Shown: piece after piece, positions 49,743-60,949 of the stretch | Position numbering within the stretch: position 1 is the first letter of the stretch | Layout of the letters: the number at the start of each line of letters is the position of its first letter | Source of the DNA: Psammoneis japonica | Lineage: Eukaryota | NCBI GenBank assembly: GCA_008632985.1 | Contig: QPGO01000108.1 | Coordinates: forward strand, 52,476-116,475 | Direction: 5' to 3' | Length of the DNA stretch: 64,000 bases | The notes under the pieces: model-generated | Told to the model about the DNA's origin: nothing | Database searches by the model: none | What the model saw: only the letters and a program-made list of their open reading frames with translations | Program-made: the position numbers and the translations under genes

Positions 49743-49931
49743 CTAGTTGTACTTCATCCAGCCCATATCCAAAGCCCGTTCACGGAATGTCTGACGCTTC
49801 ATGTCAATTCCGTATTTGCGAATAAGTCCCATACCACCCTTGCGACCAGTCACACGGCATTGGCGGGATCCCTTTCCGTAACCCTTGGGGTGCGTGGCAT
49901 ACAATTTGTTTGGTTTACGTGTCTCCGCCAT
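49743..49931 (-). CDS. RPS29: 40S ribosomal protein S29 (uS14), atypical Cys-poor form
   Basis: MAETRKPNKLYATHPKGYGKGSRQCRVTGRKGGMGLIRKYGIDMKRQTFRERALDMGWMKYN. A probable 5'UTR intron acceptor lies just upstream. Confidence 0.92.
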   Translation of the reverse strand: MAETRKPNKLYATHPKGYGKGSRQCRVTGRKGGMGLIRKYGIDMKRQTFRERALDMGWMKYN

Positions 49932-50773
49932 TGTGAAATCTGCAAGAACACCAAAACGAAAATGTGAGATAAGTCGTTGAAATAAACAGGCAACTCGCTT
50001 TCGGGAATGAAAACAACAGGAGCGTGAACTGATCACAGCAACAAATCCAGAGGTGAAATATTCCTTCAAACAACCTGGTGTCGACGAAGAAGCACGAACC
50101 CAAACTTGGTCCGATAATCGATGCCGAATAGGTCATGAGACGCATGCTCGTCGTCGAAAGCAAACCAAAGCTTCGTGCTACTGTACGAAGTCGACGTGAA
50201 AGCATCCACAAAAACGGCACGAATTTCCATTTTTCGCTTCAATATCAGGTGATTGAATAATTCAAGAGTCTTTTCGTGCCATTCGATCGGACAATAAACA
50301 ATTCAGACACCGAAACAACGCCATTGTTGAACACACCTTTTCCGTTGTCGATGAATGCCACACAAAATTTGCGATGCGGGATATACGTAAAACCCTAGTA
50401 GAATCTTACGTAGGTTGCCTTCGAGATTCCTTCCGATCACACTATTTCATACAAGGAATTGGAATCTCTCATGTCACACGAAGCTTTTAGTAACCGATAC
50501 GCGGCAAACTTGTCTGCGAGTTCGTGTGACAAGAAAGCATGAAATGAGTTCCCGACGCACCACCTCCCTCCACCAAAAGAGTGTCTGTTCACGAGATTTG
50601 ACCGACTTCATGCTTTCATCGGTACCGTACAGTCAGTACAGTACACTTCATCAGTCTGAACTCTGCATGTACCGTACTGTAGACGAAAAGTTTGCGTTTG
50701 TTGTCCCCGAAATACAGTTTAAGGTCATTTTCAGAGCTAAGCTTTCATTGATCAGGCTCTAAGAAGTTAAAGG

Positions 50774-51325
50774 ATGAATATAGGGCAGGCAAATTCCATG
50801 AAACGAGACTCTCTGAATGGGGTATGGATCCTGGACAAGACTCGGGGAAATCCGTCCATGCGAGGGTACCTCGAAACCATGGGGGTGACCGAAATGGCAA
50901 TTGAGGCGCACGAAAAAGGTGACGAGGAGCGGGATACCTATCACACTATAACGCTCGACAGTGCTAATCAAAAGTTTCAGATTGTCAAGAGATCGAGAGT
51001 GAACAACGACATTACCGTGGATCTTGAATTGGGCAAGGAATTATGCGTCACAATGCCTCCAGGAGATCGTGTCAAGAAATCAATCGCCATCTCGGAGAAT
51101 CCTCAACACATTGAAATAAGGTCATCTCTCAACACAATTAACGGCATGGCAAGAATTACCGACGTGAAACGATTGATACAAGATCCCGACAAATCGGTTC
51201 TGAAACAGGAGCTCACGGTTGTCAACGAAAGAAACGGCAAGGCACATTTGACTATAAGATATTTCAACCCATATCTGGGAATTGCGCCGCATCTTTTGAA
51301 AGATGATGCAATGCAAGTAGGTTAG
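50774..51325 (+). CDS. Calycin/FABP-like beta-barrel protein
   Basis: LNGVWILDK (GxW motif) and YLETMGV, followed by beta-strand-like segments. Start may be 50798 and the 3' end may be spliced. Confidence 0.65.
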   Translation: MNIGQANSMKRDSLNGVWILDKTRGNPSMRGYLETMGVTEMAIEAHEKGDEERDTYHTITLDSANQKFQIVKRSRVNNDITVDLELGKELCVTMPPGDRVKKSIAISENPQHIEIRSSLNTINGMARITDVKRLIQDPDKSVLKQELTVVNERNGKAHLTIRYFNPYLGIAPHLLKDDAMQVG

Positions 51326-51507
51326 TTCTTTCGTGATGCCGGTAGGTCGATTGCACAAGATATATGCTGCAGCAGGGGGTAACTACATAGGATATCGGAC
51401 TAGTGAACAACGCATCTGGACATACCAGTAGCGACAGGAGCGCACAAACGGGACTGAGAAAATCGTTCATTGAATTATCAAGTTGAAAAAGCGCAAAATA
51501 GTTCTTG

Positions 51508-53264
51508 TTACAACGCTTTCAATTCCTCCAAAAAGCTGGTGCTGTTATGAACCGTGCTGCCGCCTAGAATGACCCGAATTTTGCCTTGGTTGGTTTCATT
51601 AAATTCACTCACTTTGGTGGCCTCTTCGTATGTCACGCCACCAACAATAAACACAATAATCTCTTCAGGAATCATTGTTTCAGGCGATAGACTCGAGCTG
51701 CTTCCTGGAACAAACGGATGTGTGTCAGACTTGAGCTTGCCCTTGATGACTGACTGAATCGTGTCCATGATCAGTGGGACATGTTGCGAATACACGTTGC
51801 TCACGCCCTGTACGCTTGTCATGAAACTCTTGGTCATTTTGCTCATGAGGTTGTGATCTCCGTACAAACCTGGACCGCGTGACTTGGATCCACCGTACCG
51901 AAGAATGACATTGACCAAATCAACCATGTCGGGAGGGACGCCACCTTTACCCATGGCGGACTGAATCAATTGACGTTTCCGGTATTCTCGTATCGCAGCG
52001 CGTACAGCAGCCCCAATCGGAGCTTGTCTGGGATCTTGACAGATGGCGACTGCAACTTTTCCATCAGTTCTCGCATGTGTGCGGTATGGTCGTCGGCACA
52101 CGCCAGCTCTTGTTCAAATTGCGAAACGTCCATGAGTGAGCAAACATCTACCAACCGTGCAAGTTCACCCATGATTGCCACATGCTTGGAAACATTATGA
52201 GAGCGAGTTCGTAGTTCGGGAAACTTTTCCATAAAGTTCTGCATGTCTTCAATGGTATTGAGGTTGGATGTCTTGTGTTGCTGCGTCTGTTTTTGGTAAT
52301 CTTGCAGTAGTTTCTGAATCGCTTCGCCTAATTCACCAAAGTTCTTATGCCTGTTCGCCTTGAAGAAATCGTCCTGATTGGCACTCAATACCACCTCCTC
52401 CAGGTCCTTCGGGATATTGGGAGCTCCTCTGAGAATGACTCTATGGTTGTTCAATCCCAAGAGCTCATGCACCATGGCTTGGTAGGTCCATTGCGACAAC
52501 AACGGTGTTACTGGATCATCACGTCTGTCCAATACAAGCAACACCAAACCACCTCCAGGACTCTTTCTGAAATGAAAAATCTGATCCGATGTGAGTTGAT
52601 CGTGCAAGTCCTTGGCTAGCTGCTTGGCCACAGTCGAATGGCCAGCGTAACGAATAGCAGACGGCTGTTTTCGGAGGGCCAACAACATGGATTGCAAGCC
52701 TCTCAAGTTTCGCTCGTACAAGTGGGCGTGGTTTTGAGCCCAGCTCGTTCCGGCAGCGACAGTCATGGCCAACGTATTGCGGCATTGCAAAGTAAGCAAG
52801 TCTTCATTGATGGGAACAAAGTCTCCGTAAAATTCCTGGACTTGTTTCACTCGCTCTTCTCCATCGTTTTCTGCCAACATACGTAATAATCCTTTTGATA
52901 GAATACCACTGAAGAATAAATGGTATTCAGCAAACCTAGGACGACCCAGCTCTCGCACCAGCAATCCAACATTTGCTTCTGTTGGCCGCACGTAGACCAC
53001 GGCCTTGAGATGACTTGTACTAGACATCTTTTGTGCACTAGAGGTTGAATCGCCGTTGATCGTTTGAAGCATATTTGGGTTTTTCGGATCGTCTAGTCTC
53101 GACACGAGGTACACCTCCTTGTTTAGAATTTCCGTCTGCGAGTAAACGCAGGAAACAATCTGGGTTGTGGATGCATCCAGGAGCCACACCTTCATGCCTC
53201 TGCATTTTTCATCGCCCGTCACGAGACGATCTATATATCCTCGAATTGCTGCAACACCGTCCAT
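51508..53264 (-). CDS. VPS45: Vacuolar protein sorting 45 (Sec1/Munc18 family), with an apparent 1-nt frameshift near 51968
   Basis: MKVWLLD, VQEFYGDF, LDRRDDPVTPLLSQWTYQAMVHELLG, NVYSQHVP and IVGGVTYEEA. Two overlapping ORFs join if one T is added. Confidence 0.93.
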
Positions 53265-54249
53265 TGTAAACGCCGAAGCTTTAACGTCGACACGACTTAC
53301 AGCCCAAAAAAATGATATCCAAGACCCAACGAAGCTTCTATTCTGCAACTCGACGCAGTGGCAGACGATTACTTTTCAATCAATAGGTCTATGAAAGCCT
53401 CTCTTCCAGTTATTTCTGAAAAACAAAATCGTCTCGGATTCTGTAGAGATAATTCTCGAAGCTGCGATGATCTTTCACGAATAAGAGAATAGTCATTATT
53501 GGCACAGCGCCATGGCGGAGGGTGTTGAGAAATGACGACGACGGGTGAGTAAAGCTCGTGGAAAGGAAAAAAGGGTACTGAATTGTGTAGAATACTACAC
53601 AGTCTGCCTCAAGCGATATGTTGGAGCGCGCGCCACACGGAACCTTTTGGCCGACGGCCGTCGCACAGACGTCGCTGTCGAAGGTTTTCGCGCGGATTTT
53701 CCGGCAATGATGTCTCACTGTGTGGCGTAATGAGTTCAGCGTGATGGAGTGTCATTGATGCCGGCAAGTGGAGCTCAAATTAATCAGGTGACAACACATG
53801 TTTTCTCTGTGTGCCGGCTCTCTGGAATCCTTGGAGGGGGGGATTGAAACTGAAGAGACTCACTCAACTCATGTGCATTTGATCACCTCTTGCTTGAAGC
53901 AAAAATGGATCAAAGCAAAGGAGTGCATTCAAATGCACCCACAAGCAATGCATGGGATCACAACTTCATTTGATGGTGCGAGTCTGTTCTTCTCCAGCGG
54001 GCCACTGCCAGCAATTGCCATTTTTGTCAAGGGCTGCCTGGACCTTTTTGGACATGCCAGCGGCAGAGTCACAGTCTCTTCCAGAAAACATGCCAGTTCT
54101 CTTGGCTCTGGCATTGCACTTGAGTCATTGACAAAAAAGAGGCAGATGTCTTCAACCTCCCCAAACTGAAAGTGCTGAGTTTTAACAGAGTGTGCTGCAC
54201 ATGCCCCCAGTTCATTGGCTTGAACATGAGTGCTGCACAGTCTGCGCAA

Positions 54250-55800
54250 GACAGTTTGGCTGGATGAAAAATGTTGTTGTGCACTTGAGGTTGGACTGTG
54301 GCAGCCACGCAGAACAGAAAAATGCAGAGCTGAAAAATGATCAGCATGAACAAACCAATTCTCAATGTTCAGAAAGGTCAACAACACCAACATGAAGTCT
54401 TGGTGGTCTGAACATGGCCATTTGTCCATGTTGAGTGCTCCTTCTGGCAGCTTGCTTTTGAAAAACACAGACAAGCCAGATTTTGATTGAAACAACATGA
54501 GCAAGAGCAAGCTCAGGGAAAACAACTGAAGCTGACCCTTTCAGCATTTCTTTGCAGGAACAACATGACAAGGCTTGTGGTGTTGAGGCAATGCTTTTCA
54601 TGACCCCTGAGCCAGATTGTTGCCAAGAGCATTTGACAGGACAACCATGATGGGAGGTCCATCCTTTCGAAGTCGCACCTCCATGCCACATGTTTGTCAA
54701 GTCCTGCCAACCAGGGCAGTTGAGGGACTGCAAAAGAGAAAAAAGTCAAGCATGAGAGGTGCAATTTCCCTGCACCTGCAAGCTTGAAATCTCAGTCCAG
54801 AACAAAAAGGCACCTTCATGAAAGGCAGCATTGCTGGCGCAAGGCACTGCAAATGTGCAAACTGCAAGGGGTCCATCTTTGGCAAGGTCTGGATCTGCAG
54901 CTTGCAGAATCCAAACAGTGCTGCAATTGCACCACCCAACAAGTGACCACTGATCACAATCTGCAACCTTGGTTGGGAAACAGACAATGACTTTGATTTT
55001 TTTCACCTCATGCAAGACTTTCCAGAAACCCGGTTGCACAAGCGGCTTGATGTCTTCCTGAACAATCTTGTCAATGGGCCTCATCTTGCTTTTCGAAGAC
55101 CAAGAAGGACTTGGGAAAAGCCCCGGTGCACCAAGGCACTGTTGACGACATCATTCTTTTCTGCATCAGTGTCAGGATTTGATTCTTGTCTCTCTGTGAC
55201 ACAAAAAGAATGAATTGGCTCTGCAAGAGTGCCCCCACTGCTTGACTTTTCCCATTTTGGAGACTCATCAGACTTGCCCTTCTGTGCACTTTGAAGTTTT
55301 GCTGGACCAACCCCACCAGGCATTCTTGAGTGATGCACTTGCCATCCCACGAAACACAATCTCAGCTTGCTTCTTTTTCTTCTTGTTCACAGCAATGCGG
55401 TGAATGCAAGGGGCCTTGGCATTGTCCTTTTTGTTGGCAAATGTGCACAAATCATGATTGTGTTTGGGTTCATGTGTGAGCTCTTGGTCGCGCTTGTCAT
55501 CACTGTTCAAAAACCTTGGTGGTGCTTGTCGTCACTGTTCAAAAAGGCAGAGACAGCCTTGATGGCTTCTTTTTCCACACTTTTGCCACCACTGTCAACT
55601 GCCATGTGCACACAACACACAATTTGAGAAGAAATGATGTGAGGATCAAAAACACAAAACTTGGTCAAGACAGCCACACTCATGGACTTGCAGGTGAGCA
55701 CCTCACTGAGCTTGTCAAGGTCCTTGGGATGTTGTTTGCTGACCTTGAGGCTCTTCAACAAATCTTCCCTCCATCACTGTGCACATCTGATCTTGTCATG
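54250..55800 (-). pseudogene. Decayed class 3 lipase (alpha/beta hydrolase)
   Basis: Ordered remnants: IAVNKKKKKQAEIVFRG (~55350), ALVHRGF (~55120), IVISGHLLGGAIAALFGF (~54940; GHSLGG with TCG->TTG) and VCTFAVP..SNAAF. Boundaries approximate. Confidence 0.75.
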
Positions 55801-56129
55801 GACTTGTGCAACAATCTGTCAAGTCCTGCACTGCCATGTGCAACACCCAAGCAAGCATTGGGAACATCCCATGCATCCAAGAATGTGCTGCATGTGACTG
55901 ACCAAGTGCTTGTGTCCATTCAACAATGAACGCAACTCCTTTGTCAGTCCGTGCCACTGACAATCTTGTCATGGTGGCACATGGTTCCTTGTTGGGACCT
56001 GCATTGACTGCTGTGGATGCAAGCATGTCTTCTGCAGGCACAGCTGTGCCTGTTGCATGTGAAGGCTGTGCCACATGTGACCAATCTGGCAGCAGTGCCC
56101 CTTGCAACACCAAATGCCATCTCCACATT

Positions 56130-56520
56130 GGTTGGCACATGTTGACAAACTTGTCATGGCATCATGTGTGTGCTATCCAGGCCTGCATTGCCCACTGCAG
56201 CCACCAGGCCACCAGCATGTCTTGTGGAGGTGCTGCTGCTGCCTCTGTTGCATCACATGGATCAAGGCACAGCCCACATTGCCAAGGCTGCTGGGAAGGC
56301 TGTGATTGGTTGTCATGTTTGGGTTCCAGACCCCATCCACTGCTGCACCAAGTTGTGCCCCAGCTCCAAGGAGGGCACTTTGGCTGCATGTCCCATGCCA
56401 CCAAGAGTGCCCTTTGGCATGATCTTGCAACCTCCCAGCAGGTCAAGATTGCCCAACATGTGCACTTCAATGATGTCATGGACAACCTCCAACATGAGAA
56501 GATCAATTCAAGCAGGATGC
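56130..56520 (+). mobile_element. Decayed Copia fragment (post-integrase SH3 region)
   Basis: IGCHVWVPDP..TKLCP..KEG (cf. FGCRVWV..P...KL....G.FLGY) and ALWHDLATSQQVKIAQHVHFNDVMDNL (cf. WYD..T..VK.ARHV.FDE). Confidence 0.7.
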
Positions 56521-57389
56521 TTCACCTGCTGGTCCCCATGATGAACGGATGCATGAAAGCTTCTTTGCTTTCTGTTTCACCTGTGGTGTCTTCTTTGAGC
56601 TCCACTGGGTCCACAGAGTCCAAGTTGGGCTTGGTTCTCATGTCCACTGCAAGCAGCTGCAATGACATCGAATGTCACTTTTCAGAGTTTTGGGCAGGCA
56701 TGTGAGGCTGCTGGCATGGGCCATGGGGTGCAGGGAGTTGGGATGTTGTGTGGAGCTTAAACAAGAATGTGCACCATGTCAAAACAACTGCAACATCAAA
56801 ACCCATTGTTGCTGCCAGTGGGGCAGGTGAGGACACCTTTCCATGGGCTCCAGAATGCTTTGAGGGAGAATTGAAACTCAAAGCTGAATGAGAGACCAAC
56901 TCTCACATGTGCTGGTTGTTGATCTTCTCTTGCTTGAAGCAAAAATGGATCAAGACAAAGGAGCACCTTCAAGTGCACCCACAAACAACACATGACATCA
57001 CAACCTTGTTTGGTGGCAAATCCACTCATCAAAGGGCATGTTGCAACAAATGTGTTGTTGAATTAAAACAAAGAGATTTCTCTCATGTGATGGAGATGAG
57101 GTGGAAGATGGGTTTGAGATTTCCCGTCACATGTGTGACTTTGTGCAGCCATCATTTGACACAGCTTTCAGTGGTGATGATTTAGACTCATCCACAAAAG
57201 GGGCACTTGTGCAGTCAACATTGTTTTGTGGCAATGGAGACAGCTTCAAATTGCACTCTCCAGTTCAGGGACTGGCAACCAAGAGCCACACCACGCATGG
57301 CACCATGAGCCCGTGCACCCACAACCCCCACAAGTGGAGTCTAAGAGGCGGCATTTCCACACCACCATGCATGGGCAGGACATTGCTGT

Positions 57390-58050
57390 GTCAGTCAATG
57401 CTGATGAACTGGGTGAGCACATTGTCCATGATGCAAATCTCCTTCATTTAAAAGGCCTCAGTCTCTTGTTGCATGTGCACAGCAGTGGGGGCAATTGGGG
57501 GGAATTGGCAAAGAGATGCAGCAGCATCTGGCACACTGTGTGCTCACAAAAATTCTTCAAGCACACTGAGTTCCTTTGTGGAGACATGGTTGGACATGAC
57601 AGAAAAGGGCTTTTGAGTTGTCTTGCCATGACATGAGGATGTCAAGAATGCACCAGGCTTGTGCCTCAGCCCTGTCGGCGCAGTGTCACAGAATGGCCAT
57701 TGACTGCAGCCAATTGTTGGCTGCTTGTTTCATGGAGTCCATTCATCCACCCAGGAATGGCGAGTGTGCAAGATGCTGTTGGCCAACCCAGCCAGCCAGA
57801 GGGCAAGTCCATCGGATGAAAATGGACTTGGCTGACAGCTTCTGGCAAACACATCTTGCTCCCAGCACTGTGTCACTTCTGGGGGTCAATTCTCCTCACC
57901 AGCTGGGTGAGCCGCCCCTCATGGCTGTCCCAACATGACCATTTGCTTGTGGGATGGTCATGTTCACCACCAGTTTTCAGCGGGGGAGCACTGAAGCCAT
58001 TGCCAACATTTGCACACCTGTGGTGCACACCCCAACACCCCTCTTGGCAT
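57390..58050 (+). mobile_element. Decayed DIRS/Ngaro-like reverse transcriptase fragment
   Basis: DMTEKGF*VVLP..PGLCLSPVGAVSQ..PIVGCLFHGV; KMDLADSFWQ..LGVNSPHQLGEPPLMAVP; LLVGWSCSPPVFS (cf. KxDxADGFY..LPMGW..SPP.F). Confidence 0.75.
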
Positions 58051-58799
58051 TTGGCATTGAGTGTCCCCAGCTGACATCTCCAGCCCTTTGCACACATCTG
58101 TTGTGGCACTTGGCCCTGCCAACCTGAGATTTGCAGCCACCAATGTCTCCACTTGATGTCTCTGAGTGGCCGTCATCCAGCTGAGCCCATTGGTGTGCAC
58201 AACTTGCCACCCGCATGCTTGCCAGTGGTGACTTTGTCCTTCACCCCAATGCCAATGTCCATCCCACTCACTGCCACCAACCCACAACCCATGTGGCTGC
58301 CTCACACATCACCACAGCCCTCCAGCTGGGCCCACCCTCCACCCTCAATTTGTGCTGGCTTGTTTTTCATTGCTGTGCATGTGGGGGCCATGCTGCTCCA
58401 GCTTGGGAATGGAAAGGGAACAAGCCACATCAGCAAAGTGTTCCCATCCCTGCAAATCCAGTGCTTTGAAACCTGCAAGACACAGATCACCACAAGAGGT
58501 CAAACAAGCAAAGCAATGCCAGTTGCTGGCCTCATGCAGACCAACAAGTTGAGACACCTCATGGCCAGTTTGAGCTTCCAGCATCCCCCCTGCATCATCA
58601 ATTTGAACACAAGTGAGTTGGCAAACAAGTGCTGCTGCTCCTCTCATTCTTCTGAAGAGCTTTGGCAGCAAGTCAAACAAACAGTTGAAAGTGCTCCAAC
58701 CCCTCCAGCAAAGCACTCCCACCCCCCTGCCAGTCCAGTGCTTTGACACCCACCAGACCCAGATCACCACAAGAGGTTGAAGGAGCAAAGCAACACCAG

Positions 58800-60250
58800 T
58801 CACTCTCCAAGAATGTGCCTGTCTCAAGTTGAATTCCTTTAGCATGGGACAAGAGGGAGTGGCACCCCAAGGTGGTCAGGCAGGCAGAGAATGGCATGTC
58901 TTCATCATCTTTTTGCCTCATTTTTGCGTCACATGGCTCAAGGGCACTGGTGCAACATGGCACCTTGGCATCAAGGGTGGTGGTGCTGCCTTTTGTTTGA
59001 AGCTTGCCAGGGGCCAGGGGCTGCAAGGTCAAGCACAAGGGTGGCACAATGTGGTGGCTCTGTTGGACAAAGTGGCTGCAATCCTCAAGAGCCCAGGTGC
59101 TGGCTTTTCCCAGCCATGCTTTTGGGGGCAGCAAAGTGTGTGTGCAAGCATTGGTTTGGTGGGAACCATCCCTTGACATGCTTGCCAGTTGGCACTGCAA
59201 GTTTCTCATTGTCAACAACAGCAATGAGTGCCAGAGTTGGGAAGACTGGCAAGCACACGAGGGTGTGGCAGCAAAGCCCACAAGATGTCAGGCAGGAAGC
59301 CCCTCATTTGGGAAGGCATTGATCAATTCAGTCCACACCAAAGCATCATTGCTGCTGCCCTGGCCCAGTTTTGGCAGCCAACAAGAGCCCCTCTGCTCTT
59401 GCACATGGCTGCACAGTGCATGGAAATGGGCCTGGAGCAAGCAGGGAAGTCAGTGGTCAATTTCAGGCGTGAATCTCATGACGGCCAGGTCAGGTTGATG
59501 GGAGACAACATCCAGACCCTTGGTTTGAAGCTTGGCCAACTTGATGCTTTGCTGGGTTCAGGCTTTGACCACTCTGTTGAGGTCCCTGCAGTGTGAGGTG
59601 CCCTGGCCAACTTGGCTTCTTCAGTTTCTGCATCTGGATTGAAGGCATGAGTGGGGAAGGAAGTGATGCCAGGTTCTGCCAGGTCAAGGATGATTTGCAA
59701 CAACAGACAGATGTGGCTCTCAGGATCAGCCAGTGTTCAAGGCAGGGGCTGCAGACCTGGGCACATTGAAGGTGGGTGTGCTTGCCACATGCAGCCAGTT
59801 GGTGAGCAAGGTCTTGTTGCTGGAGACTCATGGGTCTGCTGGGGGGCACCCAGCACAGCTGTGAACCCAGTCCAGGCAGATCAGATCACTTGCATGGAGC
59901 GGGTTGTCAATGCCAACTCAAGGCCAATTTGGGCAAGTCAGCCAGCAGCAAAGTTCTCAGGTGTTGGGATCTCTGACTTCACCAACTGTCATGCTTGGAT
60001 GGTCCAACAACTCCCATCTTGAGCACACGGGTGTGTCCCACCACACTGGTGTGGAGATTGAGCCCATTCCCCAATGCCATTTGTTGCCAGAGATCTCCAA
60101 GCAACTTGTTCTCAACAATCTCAAAACTGAGAAGGATGCCTGGACTCTTGCCACCTTCCAATGCAGCATGCTGAGAATCCTTGGCTCAGGTGCCACCACA
60201 TGGGGTGGCTGTTCTCTGGGATGTTGCACCCTTCATTTCTTGACAAGCTC
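58800..60250 (-). mobile_element. Probable decayed Gag-like ORF of a DIRS/Ngaro-like element
   Basis: Weak remnants only: C.DW.. at about 59870 and a terminal CL..HL.G Cys/His-knuckle-like segment near 58860-58890. Confidence 0.3.
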
Positions 60251-60949
60251 CCCATGCATCTAAGCTGGTTGTTGGGGTTCATGGGGGCCAAACATTTGAG
60301 TTCTCAACCAGGCAGTGACTGCAGAGAAAAATGCCCTCAGTGCACTTTGAAGAGTCAGGTCACCAGGTGTCATCCAAGTTGGCTGCATTTGTCAGGGCAC
60401 TGACTCAAAACACAGTCAAAACTTGCAAGTCACTGACCAAGAATCTTGGCAAGCAATCCAAAAACAGACATGGTTGTTGACTGCTGCTCTTGGACACCAG
60501 ATCTTCAAGGACCTTGGGAATGTGCAATTTCACACCCAGCAGGTGACAAAAACAATGTGGGTGTGTTGCAAAAGCACTGTTGTGAAAATCACTTGCCAGT
60601 TTGGTCCAGAAAAAGTGGGATTGAGGGAATGGGGAATCTTGTCAAATTTCTGTTTGTTTGGATTTTGGATCACATCAAAACCGCTGCTGTTTGCACTGTG
60701 GATCATGCAAATCATCAGGCCATCACTCGTCTTCCACCAGTGATGTCATCATGACAGGCTGCACTGCCATTGGGGGGCAGACAATGCACCAGTGCTGCAT
60801 GCACAGATTCTCTGGGTGTTTCTCTGCAACAGCCCAAGTCAAAAAGCCATGTTCTCCTTGGATCGTGCTTCCCAGGTGTGCCTGGGCAGTGCTGCACTGC
60901 TGTGCACTGGAGGCCAGTGCATGGCCTTGCTGTGTTGGCCAGCAGATGC

